Positions 36,808 through 47,256 of a stretch of DNA of 64,000 bases are shown here, piece by piece (the first letter of the stretch is position 1; the number at the start of each line of letters is the position of its first letter). The DNA is taken from the IMG/VR virus record IMGVR_UViG_3300010334_000023, positions 1 through 64,000 of that record; one strand, given 5' to 3'. A program made the translations under genes and the position numbers. The notes beneath the pieces are model-generated. The model saw only the letters and a list, made by a program, of their open reading frames with translations. It searched no databases and was not told where the DNA came from.

Positions 36808-37305
36808 TCACGCGCCTAGCTGCGACATATGGTAGTGATCAGTCTCTACGATCTTGCGCTTATGCCTATCATATTTGTAGGTATGCAAGCAGGTAATATT
36901 AGGCATTTCACTAGCATCGACCACAGCCTGCCTGTCATAGTTCAGCAGCCATCTGTCATCGACCATGCATACCAATCGTTCCCAGCATTGTTCTCCGTTC
37001 CTGATCAAAAACAGAGTGAGCCTATCTGCCGTCCAAGACCTGTCGTCGCTCAGCAACAGGGTATAAAACATGCCAAGTGCCACGGAATTGATGTCCAGGT
37101 GCTTGGCATCTATTAGGTTCCAGGGATCTGGCCATGATCCAGTGTCAAGATAATCTAGGAAAGGAGAGCCTATCGGTGCATGGTTCCAGAATTTCTGTAC
37201 CAATGACAGCTTTTGTGACAGCGACAGATCAGTCGATATCTCAGCCCGGAGGTCCTTCCAAGTCTTCTGTAGCTGCTGCGGATGCAGCAGGAATGGATTA
37301 TGCAT
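36808..37305 (-). CDS. hypothetical protein (WPDPW.L...ALGM.YTL)
   Basis: ORF following the structural gene. Confidence 0.7.
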   Translation of the reverse strand: MHNPFLLHPQQLQKTWKDLRAEISTDLSLSQKLSLVQKFWNHAPIGSPFLDYLDTGSWPDPWNLIDAKHLDINSVALGMFYTLLLSDDRSWTADRLTLFLIRNGEQCWERLVCMVDDRWLLNYDRQAVVDASEMPNITCLHTYKYDRHKRKIVETDHYHMSQLGA

Positions 37306-37314
37306 GGTGGATTT

Positions 37315-38853
37315 TCAGTACTGCCACGTTGTGTAGATGTATTTCATTATGCCTGTGCTAGCAGTGCCGCTAGTGGTATAGAACAGCTGTAGATCGGTTC
37401 CTACCAAACCCACTGACCAAACCACCGATGCAGCAGCATTGAGATCAGTGCTGGTATCAGTGAGCTTGGCGGTGTGACCGTCCGTTATGATCTGCATCTG
37501 ACCTGTCCGTACATAGGTTCCCATGCTTATGGTATACTGTATCTGCACAGTCAACAGGCTTACTATACCAAGTACGCTCCAGACAGCATTGCTACCGTAA
37601 TTGATCTGGTTGGGTCGTAGACTGAATGACAGGGGTGTTGGTTGATTAATTGGTATCTCAGTCTGTTGTGCGTCAATGACCAGCGAATTAGCTGGATTTC
37701 CGTTTCTGATCCTACCGTTCCTGTAGAGGTTGCTGAAGATGTCACCAACGCTGGTACATCCATCGGAGTTTACGCTCCAGTACAGCGCAGCATTGCTGTC
37801 AATATTGCTGCCGCAATCGTTATAGAAATTACCAAGGCTAGCCACACCTGTGTTGTAGGTCTCAACTCGGATTCCATGAGATGATATATTTTTGAATTCG
37901 CAGAGGTTGGCCTGCACGAAGCTTGGCCCATTGTAACCACCAGTGAGATTGATACCATAGTGACAGTTGCGTATCTGGCTCTGCGTGACGAATATGCGCT
38001 GCACCGGATCACCACAAGCTAGACCATAGCTTACGTGCTGTATGGTGCTATTTTCCACGGTTATGTCGGAGGTTACCACGGCATTTCCAAGGCTCTGGAT
38101 GTTCACACCACCCTTGTAGGTGTTTGGATTGTCACCAATTGTGTAAGCTCCGACTATATCACAGTATTGTAGGCTAACATTGTTGCACCTCTGTAGCAAT
38201 ACCACATCAGTGGTGTAATCAGCGCTGCCATCTATAGTCATGTATCGCAGGGTTATAGCTTCTGGCAGCACAGCACCATTAGTGCCTATGCTGGCGTCAG
38301 TCTGTCCAAGACTGTCTGCGGTGCGGAACACCGGTCCGGTTGACCCAGCCATCAGCCTTATCTCAGTGTGTGAGATACCTTCGCCCTGCAGAGTAATAAA
38401 CGGATACAGCAAGATTGACTGCGAAACCAAGTATGTTCCAGCAGGAAAATAGATGATGTTACGGCTGCTTAGGGCTGTTGCGGGAGGATTAGCGATGCGA
38501 GCCCATTCGTCTGCTATGGCATTCTGTATAGCTATGGTATCGTCTGTGAGCCCATCTCCTACCGCTCCGTAGTCCTTGACGTTCAGAGTGTCATCTAGTA
38601 TGCTGCCCAGCTGTCTAGGTATGGTACCTGTGGCATTGATACCCGTGTCACCTTGGTAAGCATGGGTGATGATCTGATCATTGGGGCTCCACTGGCTGAG
38701 TATCTGGCTATTACCAGTGAAAGTATTGCCGTTGCCTATGAATAGCTGGCGCGTGTCTAAGCACCAACCAAATTCACCCTCATATAGATTGGTTGGGAGA
38801 TCCGAGAATAGGCCTCGCCGTTGCTGTAACCTGCTGATTGATACGATCGCCAT
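37315..38853 (-). CDS. virion protein with pectate-lyase-3 beta-helix (tailspike/fibre-like)
   Basis: ISR.Q.RRG....LP.L..GE.GW..D...LFIG; NVKDYGAVGDG.TDDT.AIQ; FPAGTY; TAAATA upstream. Confidence 0.8.
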   Translation of the reverse strand: MAIVSISRLQQRRGLFSDLPTNLYEGEFGWCLDTRQLFIGNGNTFTGNSQILSQWSPNDQIITHAYQGDTGINATGTIPRQLGSILDDTLNVKDYGAVGDGLTDDTIAIQNAIADEWARIANPPATALSSRNIIYFPAGTYLVSQSILLYPFITLQGEGISHTEIRLMAGSTGPVFRTADSLGQTDASIGTNGAVLPEAITLRYMTIDGSADYTTDVVLLQRCNNVSLQYCDIVGAYTIGDNPNTYKGGVNIQSLGNAVVTSDITVENSTIQHVSYGLACGDPVQRIFVTQSQIRNCHYGINLTGGYNGPSFVQANLCEFKNISSHGIRVETYNTGVASLGNFYNDCGSNIDSNAALYWSVNSDGCTSVGDIFSNLYRNGRIRNGNPANSLVIDAQQTEIPINQPTPLSFSLRPNQINYGSNAVWSVLGIVSLLTVQIQYTISMGTYVRTGQMQIITDGHTAKLTDTSTDLNAAASVVWSVGLVGTDLQLFYTTSGTASTGIMKYIYTTWQY

Positions 38854-38911
38854 CCTGAGATCTACTCCGTGTATGCTGGATATTTATCGCAGCTCACGGA
38901 AGCAATCTGTC

Positions 38912-39595
38912 TTAGAACACGAAGCGCTCGTAATAGTCAGCCACTTTTTGGCTCCACAGCATGGTGCTTTCTTCAAACTCGTGCCCGCTCCACACGAACT
39001 TCTGGAACTCGCATTCTCGGCTGACCATGAACACCACGGTGGTATCAATGTTGGTGCTATGTATGTTATTGTGTGCCATGGCATAAGCTGCTAGCTGTAG
39101 TCGATAGTCTTCAACCCATTCGCGCTTCTTGGGCTTGATAGTGGTCTTGAAATCCATGATAGCCGGGCGACCCATGTACATGCCAACCAAGTCAGTGGTA
39201 CCAGCCCAGAGGTTCTCGTAGTACAGATGGCTTTCAACGCCCCATACCTCATCCACATCAATGAGACCTTCTGCGATCACGGTATCAGCCATGCGTTCTG
39301 CCATGAGCCTGCCATAGTTGTTGCCCCCAGGACGTGGCTCACCTAGCACATAAGCTTCTAGATGAGCATGCATGGTGGTTCCAAGTCCAGCTGATTCTTC
39401 AGTGATCTGCTTGGCTTTGTCCTCACCTATGCGCTTCTTCCACGCTATGAGATGTGTCATGTCCTTGGTCTTGCTGAGGATAGTCGTCACGCTGGGGATC
39501 TTGTTGCCCACATCATCCACATACACTCGGCCCTGTCCGCCGCCGTCTTGCCTGTCCAGTTTCTTGTAAGTGTATATGGGATTAAACTTGATCAT
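38912..39595 (-). CDS. PD-(D/E)XK exonuclease
   Basis: PSVTTIL, GT.MH..LE, AGT.D, DFKT, Q..AY. Confidence 0.85.
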   Translation of the reverse strand: MIKFNPIYTYKKLDRQDGGGQGRVYVDDVGNKIPSVTTILSKTKDMTHLIAWKKRIGEDKAKQITEESAGLGTTMHAHLEAYVLGEPRPGGNNYGRLMAERMADTVIAEGLIDVDEVWGVESHLYYENLWAGTTDLVGMYMGRPAIMDFKTTIKPKKREWVEDYRLQLAAYAMAHNNIHSTNIDTTVVFMVSRECEFQKFVWSGHEFEESTMLWSQKVADYYERFVF

Positions 39596-39634
39596 CTGAG
39601 CCTCTCCATTGGAAATAAAGTTTAGCAGCAAACA

Positions 39635-39886
39635 TCAACTTTGTCTAGCCAGCTCCGGATGATACTTGGCTATCATCATGTCGGCCAATAATTCAGCTCG
39701 AGCAGCTGACTGTGCTTGATCACCCTGTTTCTTGATGTTCTTGAGTCCAAGCTTGACATCTGATTTTTCTGGAAGCGCATCTATCTCTTCTATGCTCATG
39801 CTGTGAGCTCTGGCTACCAAGGCTTGTATGTGAGGTTTCTTGCTCTTGAGTAGGAACGCTTCTGGTCCATGTAGAGTGCTGCGCAT
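39635..39886 (-). CDS. hypothetical protein
   Basis: ORF in operon. Confidence 0.6.
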   Translation of the reverse strand: MRSTLHGPEAFLLKSKKPHIQALVARAHSMSIEEIDALPEKSDVKLGLKNIKKQGDQAQSAARAELLADMMIAKYHPELARQS

Positions 39887-39887
39887 C

Positions 39888-40721
39888 TTAAATCTTCTTC
39901 GGTGTAAACACGCCGTACATATGTTTGCTACTAGGTCCTTTGCTGCGGCGATTATCTATAGTTCCGGCTCGGTATATCTTACGATTAGCTGGTAATTTAG
40001 GTGCCACTCTTTGCCGATTTTTTTCCCAGTCTGCTCTAAGTTGTGCGTAATCTGGCTGTTTAACCATAGTTGCTAATACGGTGCGTGGTACCACAACATT
40101 ACCTAGCTTATCGCTTATGTCTGTTAAGCTTGTGCCTTGTTGATATAGATATCGCATTGTTTTTAGCATTTCCGGCGTGACCTTACCAGCTAAATGATCA
40201 GTACCGGGTTGTGATCGCTTTAATTCCACATCTTTCTTTACTGTACCTTGCCCTAGAATCTCATCTATCCATTGCTGTGCAGTGCTATGATCTATTTCGT
40301 ATTTCTTACCTATGTCGCGCAAGTTCATGCCCGACCTCCAGAGATCTGCCACCTCACGTTTGACATCAGGTGTACCCAGCGTGGTTTGCGGTTTCTGGAA
40401 TTGTTTATTGGGCCTGTTTGGATAGTATGCAGACAACAGATGATCAATTCTGCGCAGTTTCAGTCCCATTAGTTCAGCTATCTCTTCTCTGCGCCAACCT
40501 TCATCCCATAGGTTCTTGAGAGTTTCTATGGTATCAGGTGTCACAAAAGTGAATTTTTTCTCACGGTCAGGATAATGACGTTTGATGTCTGATCTAATCT
40601 TTTCTACAGGCTTATTGAATTTGTCTGCGATGTCATTGCTAGTGAAACCTTGGTCAACCAATGATCTTAGCTGATCAATGTAGGTTTGATCAGCTTCAAC
40701 AATGAATTCCCAGGCTCTCAT
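39888..40721 (-). CDS. protein with four tandem HTH-like repeats
   Basis: L...G....DI...F/L repeats; start MRAWEFIVEA. Confidence 0.65.
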   Translation of the reverse strand: MRAWEFIVEADQTYIDQLRSLVDQGFTSNDIADKFNKPVEKIRSDIKRHYPDREKKFTFVTPDTIETLKNLWDEGWRREEIAELMGLKLRRIDHLLSAYYPNRPNKQFQKPQTTLGTPDVKREVADLWRSGMNLRDIGKKYEIDHSTAQQWIDEILGQGTVKKDVELKRSQPGTDHLAGKVTPEMLKTMRYLYQQGTSLTDISDKLGNVVVPRTVLATMVKQPDYAQLRADWEKNRQRVAPKLPANRKIYRAGTIDNRRSKGPSSKHMYGVFTPKKI

Positions 40722-40725
40722 AGCG

Positions 40726-43236
40726 TCACCACTGCACGTTCCACTGGAACGTCCTATTGGTTTTGGGATTGGTCTGCTGCTGTATGGTATAACCAAGATT
40801 AGTGAAGTAATTGATTATAGTGCCCATCTGATCAGCATAGGGGCGTGTTTGGTTTGGATCCAGCGCATTGCCGCCTTGCCACACTTGGAAGTAATCATAG
40901 CTGGCAGGATAACCGATAACGCTCATGGTACCACTACCATAACCTATGGTAGCTGTTGCTGTAGCAATGTTACCCCCTAGGTTCTGAGGAGCGCTGACTG
41001 TGATAGTAGGTATGCTTTGGTATCCCTGACCTTGATCGGTGATTGCTATGGTGGCCAAGCTGTAACCAATCACAGTAGTAGTGCTTGGTTGAACCGGCTG
41101 CGTTGTCTCGCCTGCGCCAGCGATAACATTTACCTGCGGCACGTTGCTGTAGTCCTGTCCACCATTTGTGACCACGATCTGCTGTATGCCTGTGCTGTAT
41201 AGGCTCACGTTGGCAGTGGCTGATCCGCTCACGGTCACGTTTGGAATGCTGGTATAATTGATGCCTTGATTGGTGATGGTCAAGCTTGCTATCGCAGTTG
41301 GCATCAGCTGAGCTGTGGCTGTAGCTCCGGTACCATCGCCTGTGATCTGCACCTGCGGAGCGCTGGTATAGCCATAACCACCGTTGGTGACAATTATGTT
41401 GTTGATAGCACCACCAGATATCACAGCAGTGGCTTCTGCACCCATGCCGTATGTGCTGCTGAAGTTTACCTGTGCGGTAGTATAGCCGCTTCCTGCGTTG
41501 CCCACGTTGACAAACTGCACAGATGTAACTGCTAGGTTAGCAGATGCTGTAGCACCGCTGCCACTGGTTATGGTTACTTCTGGTGCCTGCACATATCCTA
41601 AGCCAGGAGAAGTAATCACTACGTTGCTCACGCTTCCATTGTCTAGCAGAGTATAGGCTGCTGCTCCTGTGCCAACGCCATCTTGAGCTGCTATCAGCAC
41701 CGTTGGTGGCTGCGTGTAATTTGACCCACCTGAACTTAGCACCACGCTGCTGAGCCCAGCTGTGAGATTGAAAGCTGCGGCCTGTCCGCTACCACCGTAT
41801 GCCGCGTTGCCCTGCATGGCGGGTAGTATGCTGTACAAACCGCTGGTCAGCAGCGTGAAGTTTACGATGCTACCAGCAGCATCAACTAGGTTAACTATGA
41901 TGGTGGCACTGGCCGAACCTTCGCCTCCAGACACTATCAACGTATCACCAACCACATATTGGCTGCCAGCACCACCTGTGGTCAGGGTCGCTGTGAGTAT
42001 CTGCATGAATACTCCGCTCACAGCCGCACCAGATCCCACTGCTGTGATGGTGATGCTTGGGGATTGTGTGTATGTACCGCTGTTGGTCAAAATATTGATG
42101 TCACCCACCCCGGTTGGCTGCAGATATGCTGTAGCCAAAGCTCCACTGCCGCTGGTGATTTCTATGGCAGGTTGGCTCACATATCCAGTGCCAGGTGCTG
42201 ACACGCCTATGGTACTGACCGTGCCAGCTGATAGTGTAGTGTAAGCCTGTGCTCCTGTGCCGCCTCCACCCGCTATGGTTACCAACGGCGGAGCTGTATA
42301 CTGCAGTCCAGTACTGGCCACAGCAATGGTGCCTATGCCCATGCTGAGATCAAGCGTACAACCAGTACCACCACCCGGTGACACAGTGGTCATCACGTTG
42401 CCAAGCTGCGGCAGTGTGCTGTACAGCCCAGGCATAGAAAGCGCCACTGCCTGCACTGATCCGTTGTTATCAGCACTTGTTATCGTGGCTTTGGTTGGCG
42501 AGCCCACACCTCCCACTATGCTGAGAACGTCACCTATGGCGTAGTTGATACCAGATTGATTAACTATGGCACTGACTGCAGCAAAAGATGCTGGTCCTGC
42601 CACAGCACCGCTGCCCTGCCCAACGATCTCTACAGTGGGAGGATAGTGATAACCGGTGCCATTGCTGCCGACCACGATGTAGCTCACGGCTCCATAGGGA
42701 GCTAGATATGCCTGTGCTGTGGCTGACACAGTAGCGTTGCCACCGGTAATGGTCACAGTTGGTGTTGCTGAATAACCGTTGCCCTCATCTGTGAGCACTA
42801 TGCTGGTCAATCCGCTGCTGATGGATATTGCTATCGGTCTAGCTGCTAGGGCTGCCTGCTTGCTAGCAGCCAACCTAATGTTGTTGGCATCCACGAAGAT
42901 TACATAGTATATGTTGTTTAGCTGTAGTGGGCTTGGTAGCTCACCTGTGCTGTTTACAAAAACCTCATCTCCGGTGTTCCAAGGATGATTTGGCACTTCA
43001 AAAGTGCTGGTGCTGTCGTTGATGTCGTATACTTGCTCGGTCACGCCATAGTTCTGCGTCATGGTAGTGCCGCCATTGATCAGAGCATTGTAGAAACCTG
43101 TGCGAACAGCTTCAAGTATTGCTGCGCTTATCGCTGTACCCTCATCAAAGACCACTCTCTCGCGTATGGGATTCTGCCTGGCATCAGCAGCTGTGATGAA
43201 GATGCTGCTGGCAGTTGTACCGAAATTAGTTGGCAT
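40726..43236 (-). CDS. Gly/Thr-rich repetitive virion structural protein
   Basis: Many G.GY...P.V.I.GG.G.GA.A repeats. Confidence 0.8.
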   Translation of the reverse strand: MPTNFGTTASSIFITAADARQNPIRERVVFDEGTAISAAILEAVRTGFYNALINGGTTMTQNYGVTEQVYDINDSTSTFEVPNHPWNTGDEVFVNSTGELPSPLQLNNIYYVIFVDANNIRLAASKQAALAARPIAISISSGLTSIVLTDEGNGYSATPTVTITGGNATVSATAQAYLAPYGAVSYIVVGSNGTGYHYPPTVEIVGQGSGAVAGPASFAAVSAIVNQSGINYAIGDVLSIVGGVGSPTKATITSADNNGSVQAVALSMPGLYSTLPQLGNVMTTVSPGGGTGCTLDLSMGIGTIAVASTGLQYTAPPLVTIAGGGGTGAQAYTTLSAGTVSTIGVSAPGTGYVSQPAIEITSGSGALATAYLQPTGVGDINILTNSGTYTQSPSITITAVGSGAAVSGVFMQILTATLTTGGAGSQYVVGDTLIVSGGEGSASATIIVNLVDAAGSIVNFTLLTSGLYSILPAMQGNAAYGGSGQAAAFNLTAGLSSVVLSSGGSNYTQPPTVLIAAQDGVGTGAAAYTLLDNGSVSNVVITSPGLGYVQAPEVTITSGSGATASANLAVTSVQFVNVGNAGSGYTTAQVNFSSTYGMGAEATAVISGGAINNIIVTNGGYGYTSAPQVQITGDGTGATATAQLMPTAIASLTITNQGINYTSIPNVTVSGSATANVSLYSTGIQQIVVTNGGQDYSNVPQVNVIAGAGETTQPVQPSTTTVIGYSLATIAITDQGQGYQSIPTITVSAPQNLGGNIATATATIGYGSGTMSVIGYPASYDYFQVWQGGNALDPNQTRPYADQMGTIINYFTNLGYTIQQQTNPKTNRTFQWNVQW

Positions 43237-43570
43237 CGTTCACGCCCTTCCTGGCTGCTTTGCTAGCCATCTTCTGGACTTTCTCTTGGCTCTTTTCCAG
43301 TTCATCACTGCCTGGCACCGATGATTCTATCTCGTCCTGTTCAAGCTCTACCCTGTCAGGCAATATACGCTTTACACCACTCTTGTCCTTGAGAGTATCC
43401 ATGACCCAGCGTGTATTAGCATCAAAGCCTTGGTTGTGCATGGCACTGAGGATCTCCTTCATGGGGATGCTTGCCTCATCCTTGCTGCGATAGATGCTCA
43501 CCATATCCATCAGGGAGTTCTGTGCCTCTTCTGGACTGCTAGGCAGGCTGGTGATCTCGCTGTATCGCAT
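43226..43570 (-). CDS. hypothetical (probable head) protein
   Basis: MRYSEI N-terminus; structural block. Confidence 0.65.
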   Translation of the reverse strand: MRYSEITSLPSSPEEAQNSLMDMVSIYRSKDEASIPMKEILSAMHNQGFDANTRWVMDTLKDKSGVKRILPDRVELEQDEIESSVPGSDELEKSQEKVQKMASKAARKGVNDAN

Positions 43571-43582
43571 GATATCACCTGC

Positions 43583-46219
43583 TCACTTGGAAGCTACAGC
43601 ATCGAGATGTTCTGGATTAATGAGTGCCACCTTGAGACTGTCATTCAACTGAGCCCAGTAATCGCGTGCCTTCTGATCTTCAAAGAACTTGGTCTTGCGC
43701 TTGCCCTGTGACTCGTACATCACACCCCATGGCTTGGTAGCTTTGGCCTTGTCAAAGCGTGCTGCCTTGCGCTCTTCCTTGATAGCTGCTAGCAGCTTGG
43801 CCTTGCTGTTGGATTCTAAAACACGTATCTGGTTCTTGAGGTTAGCTGTCATGGCTGTGACTTCTGCGATCTTCTTTTCAAGGAGATCACCTTCCAGTCC
43901 CTGTCCGCTCTTGAGAAGATCCTTGACCTTGCCTTCTGTCACACGCTGAGCAAACTGGCTGCGATGCTCTGCTAGGTCAGCTTCATACTTGCGCTTGCCA
44001 CGCAATGCTTTTTCTACCAGTCCATTCAGTCTCTTGATGCTCTCGTCCGTGCCTTCGATGCTAGCACCGATCTCATGCGCACGCTTTACTACCTTCTTCG
44101 GAAGATCATGTGCTGGCTTCTTGGGATCCATGCCAGCTTCCTTCTTGGCCTGATACATGCCTATCGCATACGGGCTCTTGCTCTTCTTAGCAGCTTCCTT
44201 GATAGCACCAAACCTGTCTTTCTGCTTGGCACGGATGGCAAAGTCAATCTGCTTCACTGTCTTTTGTTCAGCAGCGCTGCGTGATTCCTTGTCCATGAGT
44301 TTCTTCTTCTTGGCCTTGAGATCAGCTATGGTATAACCATCCCACTTGCCCTTGTCCTTTTCAGCAGTGTGCATCTCAGTGCCCCAGGCTTCTTCTAGCT
44401 CTACTTCTGGTTCTGCAGGGGCCTTCTTGGCACGACCCAGTGGTGCGCTGCCGCCTGCTGCAGCTGGCGAAGTACCTTGTCCGTCGCTCGGTGATGCCGT
44501 GGCACCAAGGCTGGGTTCCATGTCCATGTTTTCTATATCGCTAGTGCCCTGTCCAGGTATGCCGCCGCCCTGTAATGCCAGCACAGCATCATCGCTCTGA
44601 TCCTTGGCTTCTTGTGTGGCTGACAGCAATGACTCCAATTGGTTTTTCATCACTTCGTTGTAAGCATCTGCTGCTTCTGGACCAAACTGTGTCTTCATGG
44701 TATCAACCAGCGGCATGAGATCGTCGACACCCATGCGTGCCACCTTCTCTGCCATGCTCTGCAGATCATCACTGATGCTCTTGGCAGCGATCAGCGTCTG
44801 AGCATGCTGCAGATCCTGTTCTGGTGTTTCAGCGGCTTCGCGCAGCATGCGAGCAAACTGTCCATAGCGGCTTTCGTCTAGATCAAAATCTTCGCCCGCA
44901 TGCTTTTCAAATGCCTTGTAGTCTAAGAAGTGTTTAGCGCCGCTGATGGCACCGCTGGCGCGTGTGAGCTTCATAGCTACCCAGCCTTCGAGGTGGTCAC
45001 CTGGCTGTATCATGTGGAACAGCTTCATGCTGTCTTCTACGATTCCTAGCAGGTTCATGCGTGCGATGCTGCCGCTGGTCTCGCCTAGTACTTCATCACC
45101 ATCCATGCCTTCATCGTCCATGCTGTAGTCTGGCATTGGCGCATCTTCGTCAAGAACGCCTGGTTCTGCGTTCATGTAATAGTCCATGTAATGATAGATC
45201 TTGTCCAACATGGCAGCAGCGCTGGTTAGGTTAGCTGCGATCCAAGGTTCGACTTCGTCTTCCTTGCGGATCATCTTGAGCATGTCCATGCCGTACTTGA
45301 CATTGCGGTAGAGCTCACTGCGAGCCATGCTGGCTTGGTAATCATGATGCTGCATGTGATCTTCTGTCAGGGACCGGCTTTCTTTCACAGGATACTTCTT
45401 GCCGTCTACCTCAAATTCATCCTTGTGGGCAGCTTTGGCAGCTGCTAGTGCTCCGGTGAATTCGTTGCCTTCGTCTGTGATCTCTTCGTCCATTGAATGT
45501 CCAGCATCAACGCCATATTTCTTCATCAGCGCTGCTAGCTCTGGATCCATGCTGTGTGCTGCCGCACCTTTGTCTGCCATGTGTGCCACGCTTTGTTCCT
45601 CCACTGGTGCGCTCTCTTCGGTCTTTTTAGCATGATGCTTGTCATACATCTTGTGACCCATGCGCAGTGCCATGAGGTTTTCCTTGGCTTGCCTGCGGTC
45701 ATCTTCGTCGTCATTGGTATCGCCAATGCGAGCTTCATAATAGGACATCAATTCCTTCATGCTCTTTGGAGCAAATGGTTGTCCAAGCCGCACTAGGTCT
45801 TCACCGACACGACCAAAGCTGTTGAGCATGGCCAGCAGCTTGTCATCTTTGGTGTTGGCCTTTTCAGCAAAGTCCATCATCCAACGACCAACCTTGGTAG
45901 CATGGCTCTCACTGAGGTTAGTTTCTTCGCTCTCACGCAGATGCTTTGGACGGCGCCTTGGTGCTATCTCTGTGAGATATAGGCGTACCGCTTCCATGAT
46001 CAGCATGTGCTTGGTGTATGTGGGATTGCTGTGCCAGCTGTTGAAAGCACTCTCGCTGACGATGCTGTTCTTTACTATCTCGCTGCTGTCATGGATGGCT
46101 GCAAGCTCGTCAATGCTTGATTCATCTAGCGTTAGCTGTGTGTCATACACATGCTTCAATGTATGAATGATTTGGTTGAGCCTGTGCTCAGCGCTTGCTT
46201 TTACGTCGTCGACGAACAT
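43583..46219 (-). CDS. large acidic modular prohead core/internal protein
   Basis: Internal repeats, many LxE/EE motifs, TAAATA upstream. Confidence 0.65.
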   Translation of the reverse strand: MFVDDVKASAEHRLNQIIHTLKHVYDTQLTLDESSIDELAAIHDSSEIVKNSIVSESAFNSWHSNPTYTKHMLIMEAVRLYLTEIAPRRRPKHLRESEETNLSESHATKVGRWMMDFAEKANTKDDKLLAMLNSFGRVGEDLVRLGQPFAPKSMKELMSYYEARIGDTNDDEDDRRQAKENLMALRMGHKMYDKHHAKKTEESAPVEEQSVAHMADKGAAAHSMDPELAALMKKYGVDAGHSMDEEITDEGNEFTGALAAAKAAHKDEFEVDGKKYPVKESRSLTEDHMQHHDYQASMARSELYRNVKYGMDMLKMIRKEDEVEPWIAANLTSAAAMLDKIYHYMDYYMNAEPGVLDEDAPMPDYSMDDEGMDGDEVLGETSGSIARMNLLGIVEDSMKLFHMIQPGDHLEGWVAMKLTRASGAISGAKHFLDYKAFEKHAGEDFDLDESRYGQFARMLREAAETPEQDLQHAQTLIAAKSISDDLQSMAEKVARMGVDDLMPLVDTMKTQFGPEAADAYNEVMKNQLESLLSATQEAKDQSDDAVLALQGGGIPGQGTSDIENMDMEPSLGATASPSDGQGTSPAAAGGSAPLGRAKKAPAEPEVELEEAWGTEMHTAEKDKGKWDGYTIADLKAKKKKLMDKESRSAAEQKTVKQIDFAIRAKQKDRFGAIKEAAKKSKSPYAIGMYQAKKEAGMDPKKPAHDLPKKVVKRAHEIGASIEGTDESIKRLNGLVEKALRGKRKYEADLAEHRSQFAQRVTEGKVKDLLKSGQGLEGDLLEKKIAEVTAMTANLKNQIRVLESNSKAKLLAAIKEERKAARFDKAKATKPWGVMYESQGKRKTKFFEDQKARDYWAQLNDSLKVALINPEHLDAVASK

Positions 46220-46301
46220 GAGAACCTTCCCCGGCCAACAGGCCTTGATGCCTTTATTGTGGTATTTATTTAGCGATAGCAGTGATCACTGCTCATAGAC
46301 T

Positions 46302-46619
46302 TCATAGGCTGAAGCTTGTGCCACATCCACAGGTGCTAGCTGCTTCTGGTACGTCAATGGAGAAATAAGAGCCAGCAAGATCAGTCTTGTAATCAACCGT
46401 GGCATTGTCTAGAAGGTCATAGCTGATCTTGTCAATTACCACTGGACCTGTGGCCGTATCAATGATCATGTCGTCTACGTCCACTGCGTCAGTCCAGCCA
46501 AAATGCTTTTCAAATCCGTTGCATCCACCAGAACGGATTTCTATGCGCGGGTAGCAGGGATTGTCTACCCTCAGCTGGCCAAAACGTTCTATGGCTTTAT
46601 CTGTGAGCTTTACTGGCAT
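46302..46619 (-). CDS. iscA: HesB/IscA iron-sulfur cluster carrier
   Basis: GGCNG and CGCGTSF. Confidence 0.88.
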   Translation of the reverse strand: MPVKLTDKAIERFGQLRVDNPCYPRIEIRSGGCNGFEKHFGWTDAVDVDDMIIDTATGPVVIDKISYDLLDNATVDYKTDLAGSYFSIDVPEAASTCGCGTSFSL

Positions 46620-47256
46620 CTTCCAACAGCTTCTTGATGTCTCTCTTGATACCGCCCGCAGTGTCCAGCGCTTTCTGGAACTTTGTAGCGTAGATATCTT
46701 CCTTGATCATGTCACCACGCAGCTCAGCTTTGCGCTGTGCTTGCCTGCTGCTCATGGCGTCTATCTTGCAGCTGGTATAACGATCATCCAGCTCAAACAG
46801 CCTACGGACCTTGCTGTCGTTAACAAAACTGTTGTTGTTAAGCATCTTGACCACAGCCAACGCTACCTCATAAAGTGTGATGTCATTGGCTATCTTTATG
46901 CCAGTGACGCTGTGTTCGATGCTGTAGTACTGTTTGCCAGCCAACCTCTTTTCGCTGAGATGTATCTCAATCTTGTATTCACCCACGCTGACACTGCTGT
47001 CGTCCCTGTGAGTCCTAGCAGCAAGTTTTTCATCGGCATTGCTTTCCATGATAACTTCATTGGTGACCTTGTTGAGAGTCTTGAGAACGTTGGCCATGGC
47101 ATGTATCTCAGCTTGGCTAGGACTGCCAGGGCCGCCTTCCGTGCTGAGGCTTTCGGTCACTAACTGAGAGGTTGTAGAAGGCGGCGGTGTTTCTCCGCTC
47201 ATTATTGCCAACATGCGTGCCATTGCTTCACGTTCTGCGTCAGTTACCACTGTCAT
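46597..47256 (-). CDS. hypothetical protein
   Basis: ORF in operon. Confidence 0.7.
   Translation of the reverse strand: MTVVTDAEREAMARMLAIMSGETPPPSTTSQLVTESLSTEGGPGSPSQAEIHAMANVLKTLNKVTNEVIMESNADEKLAARTHRDDSSVSVGEYKIEIHLSEKRLAGKQYYSIEHSVTGIKIANDITLYEVALAVVKMLNNNSFVNDSKVRRLFELDDRYTSCKIDAMSSRQAQRKAELRGDMIKEDIYATKFQKALDTAGGIKRDIKKLLEDASKAHR

Noticed and set aside
38912-39595. CRISPR-associated Cas4
   Set aside because: No Fe-S Cys set, no other cas genes and no repeat-spacer array seen in the window
40726-43236. DNA tandem repeat or DGR target
   Set aside because: Repeats are at the protein level and degenerate in DNA; no reverse transcriptase or template/variable repeat pair seen
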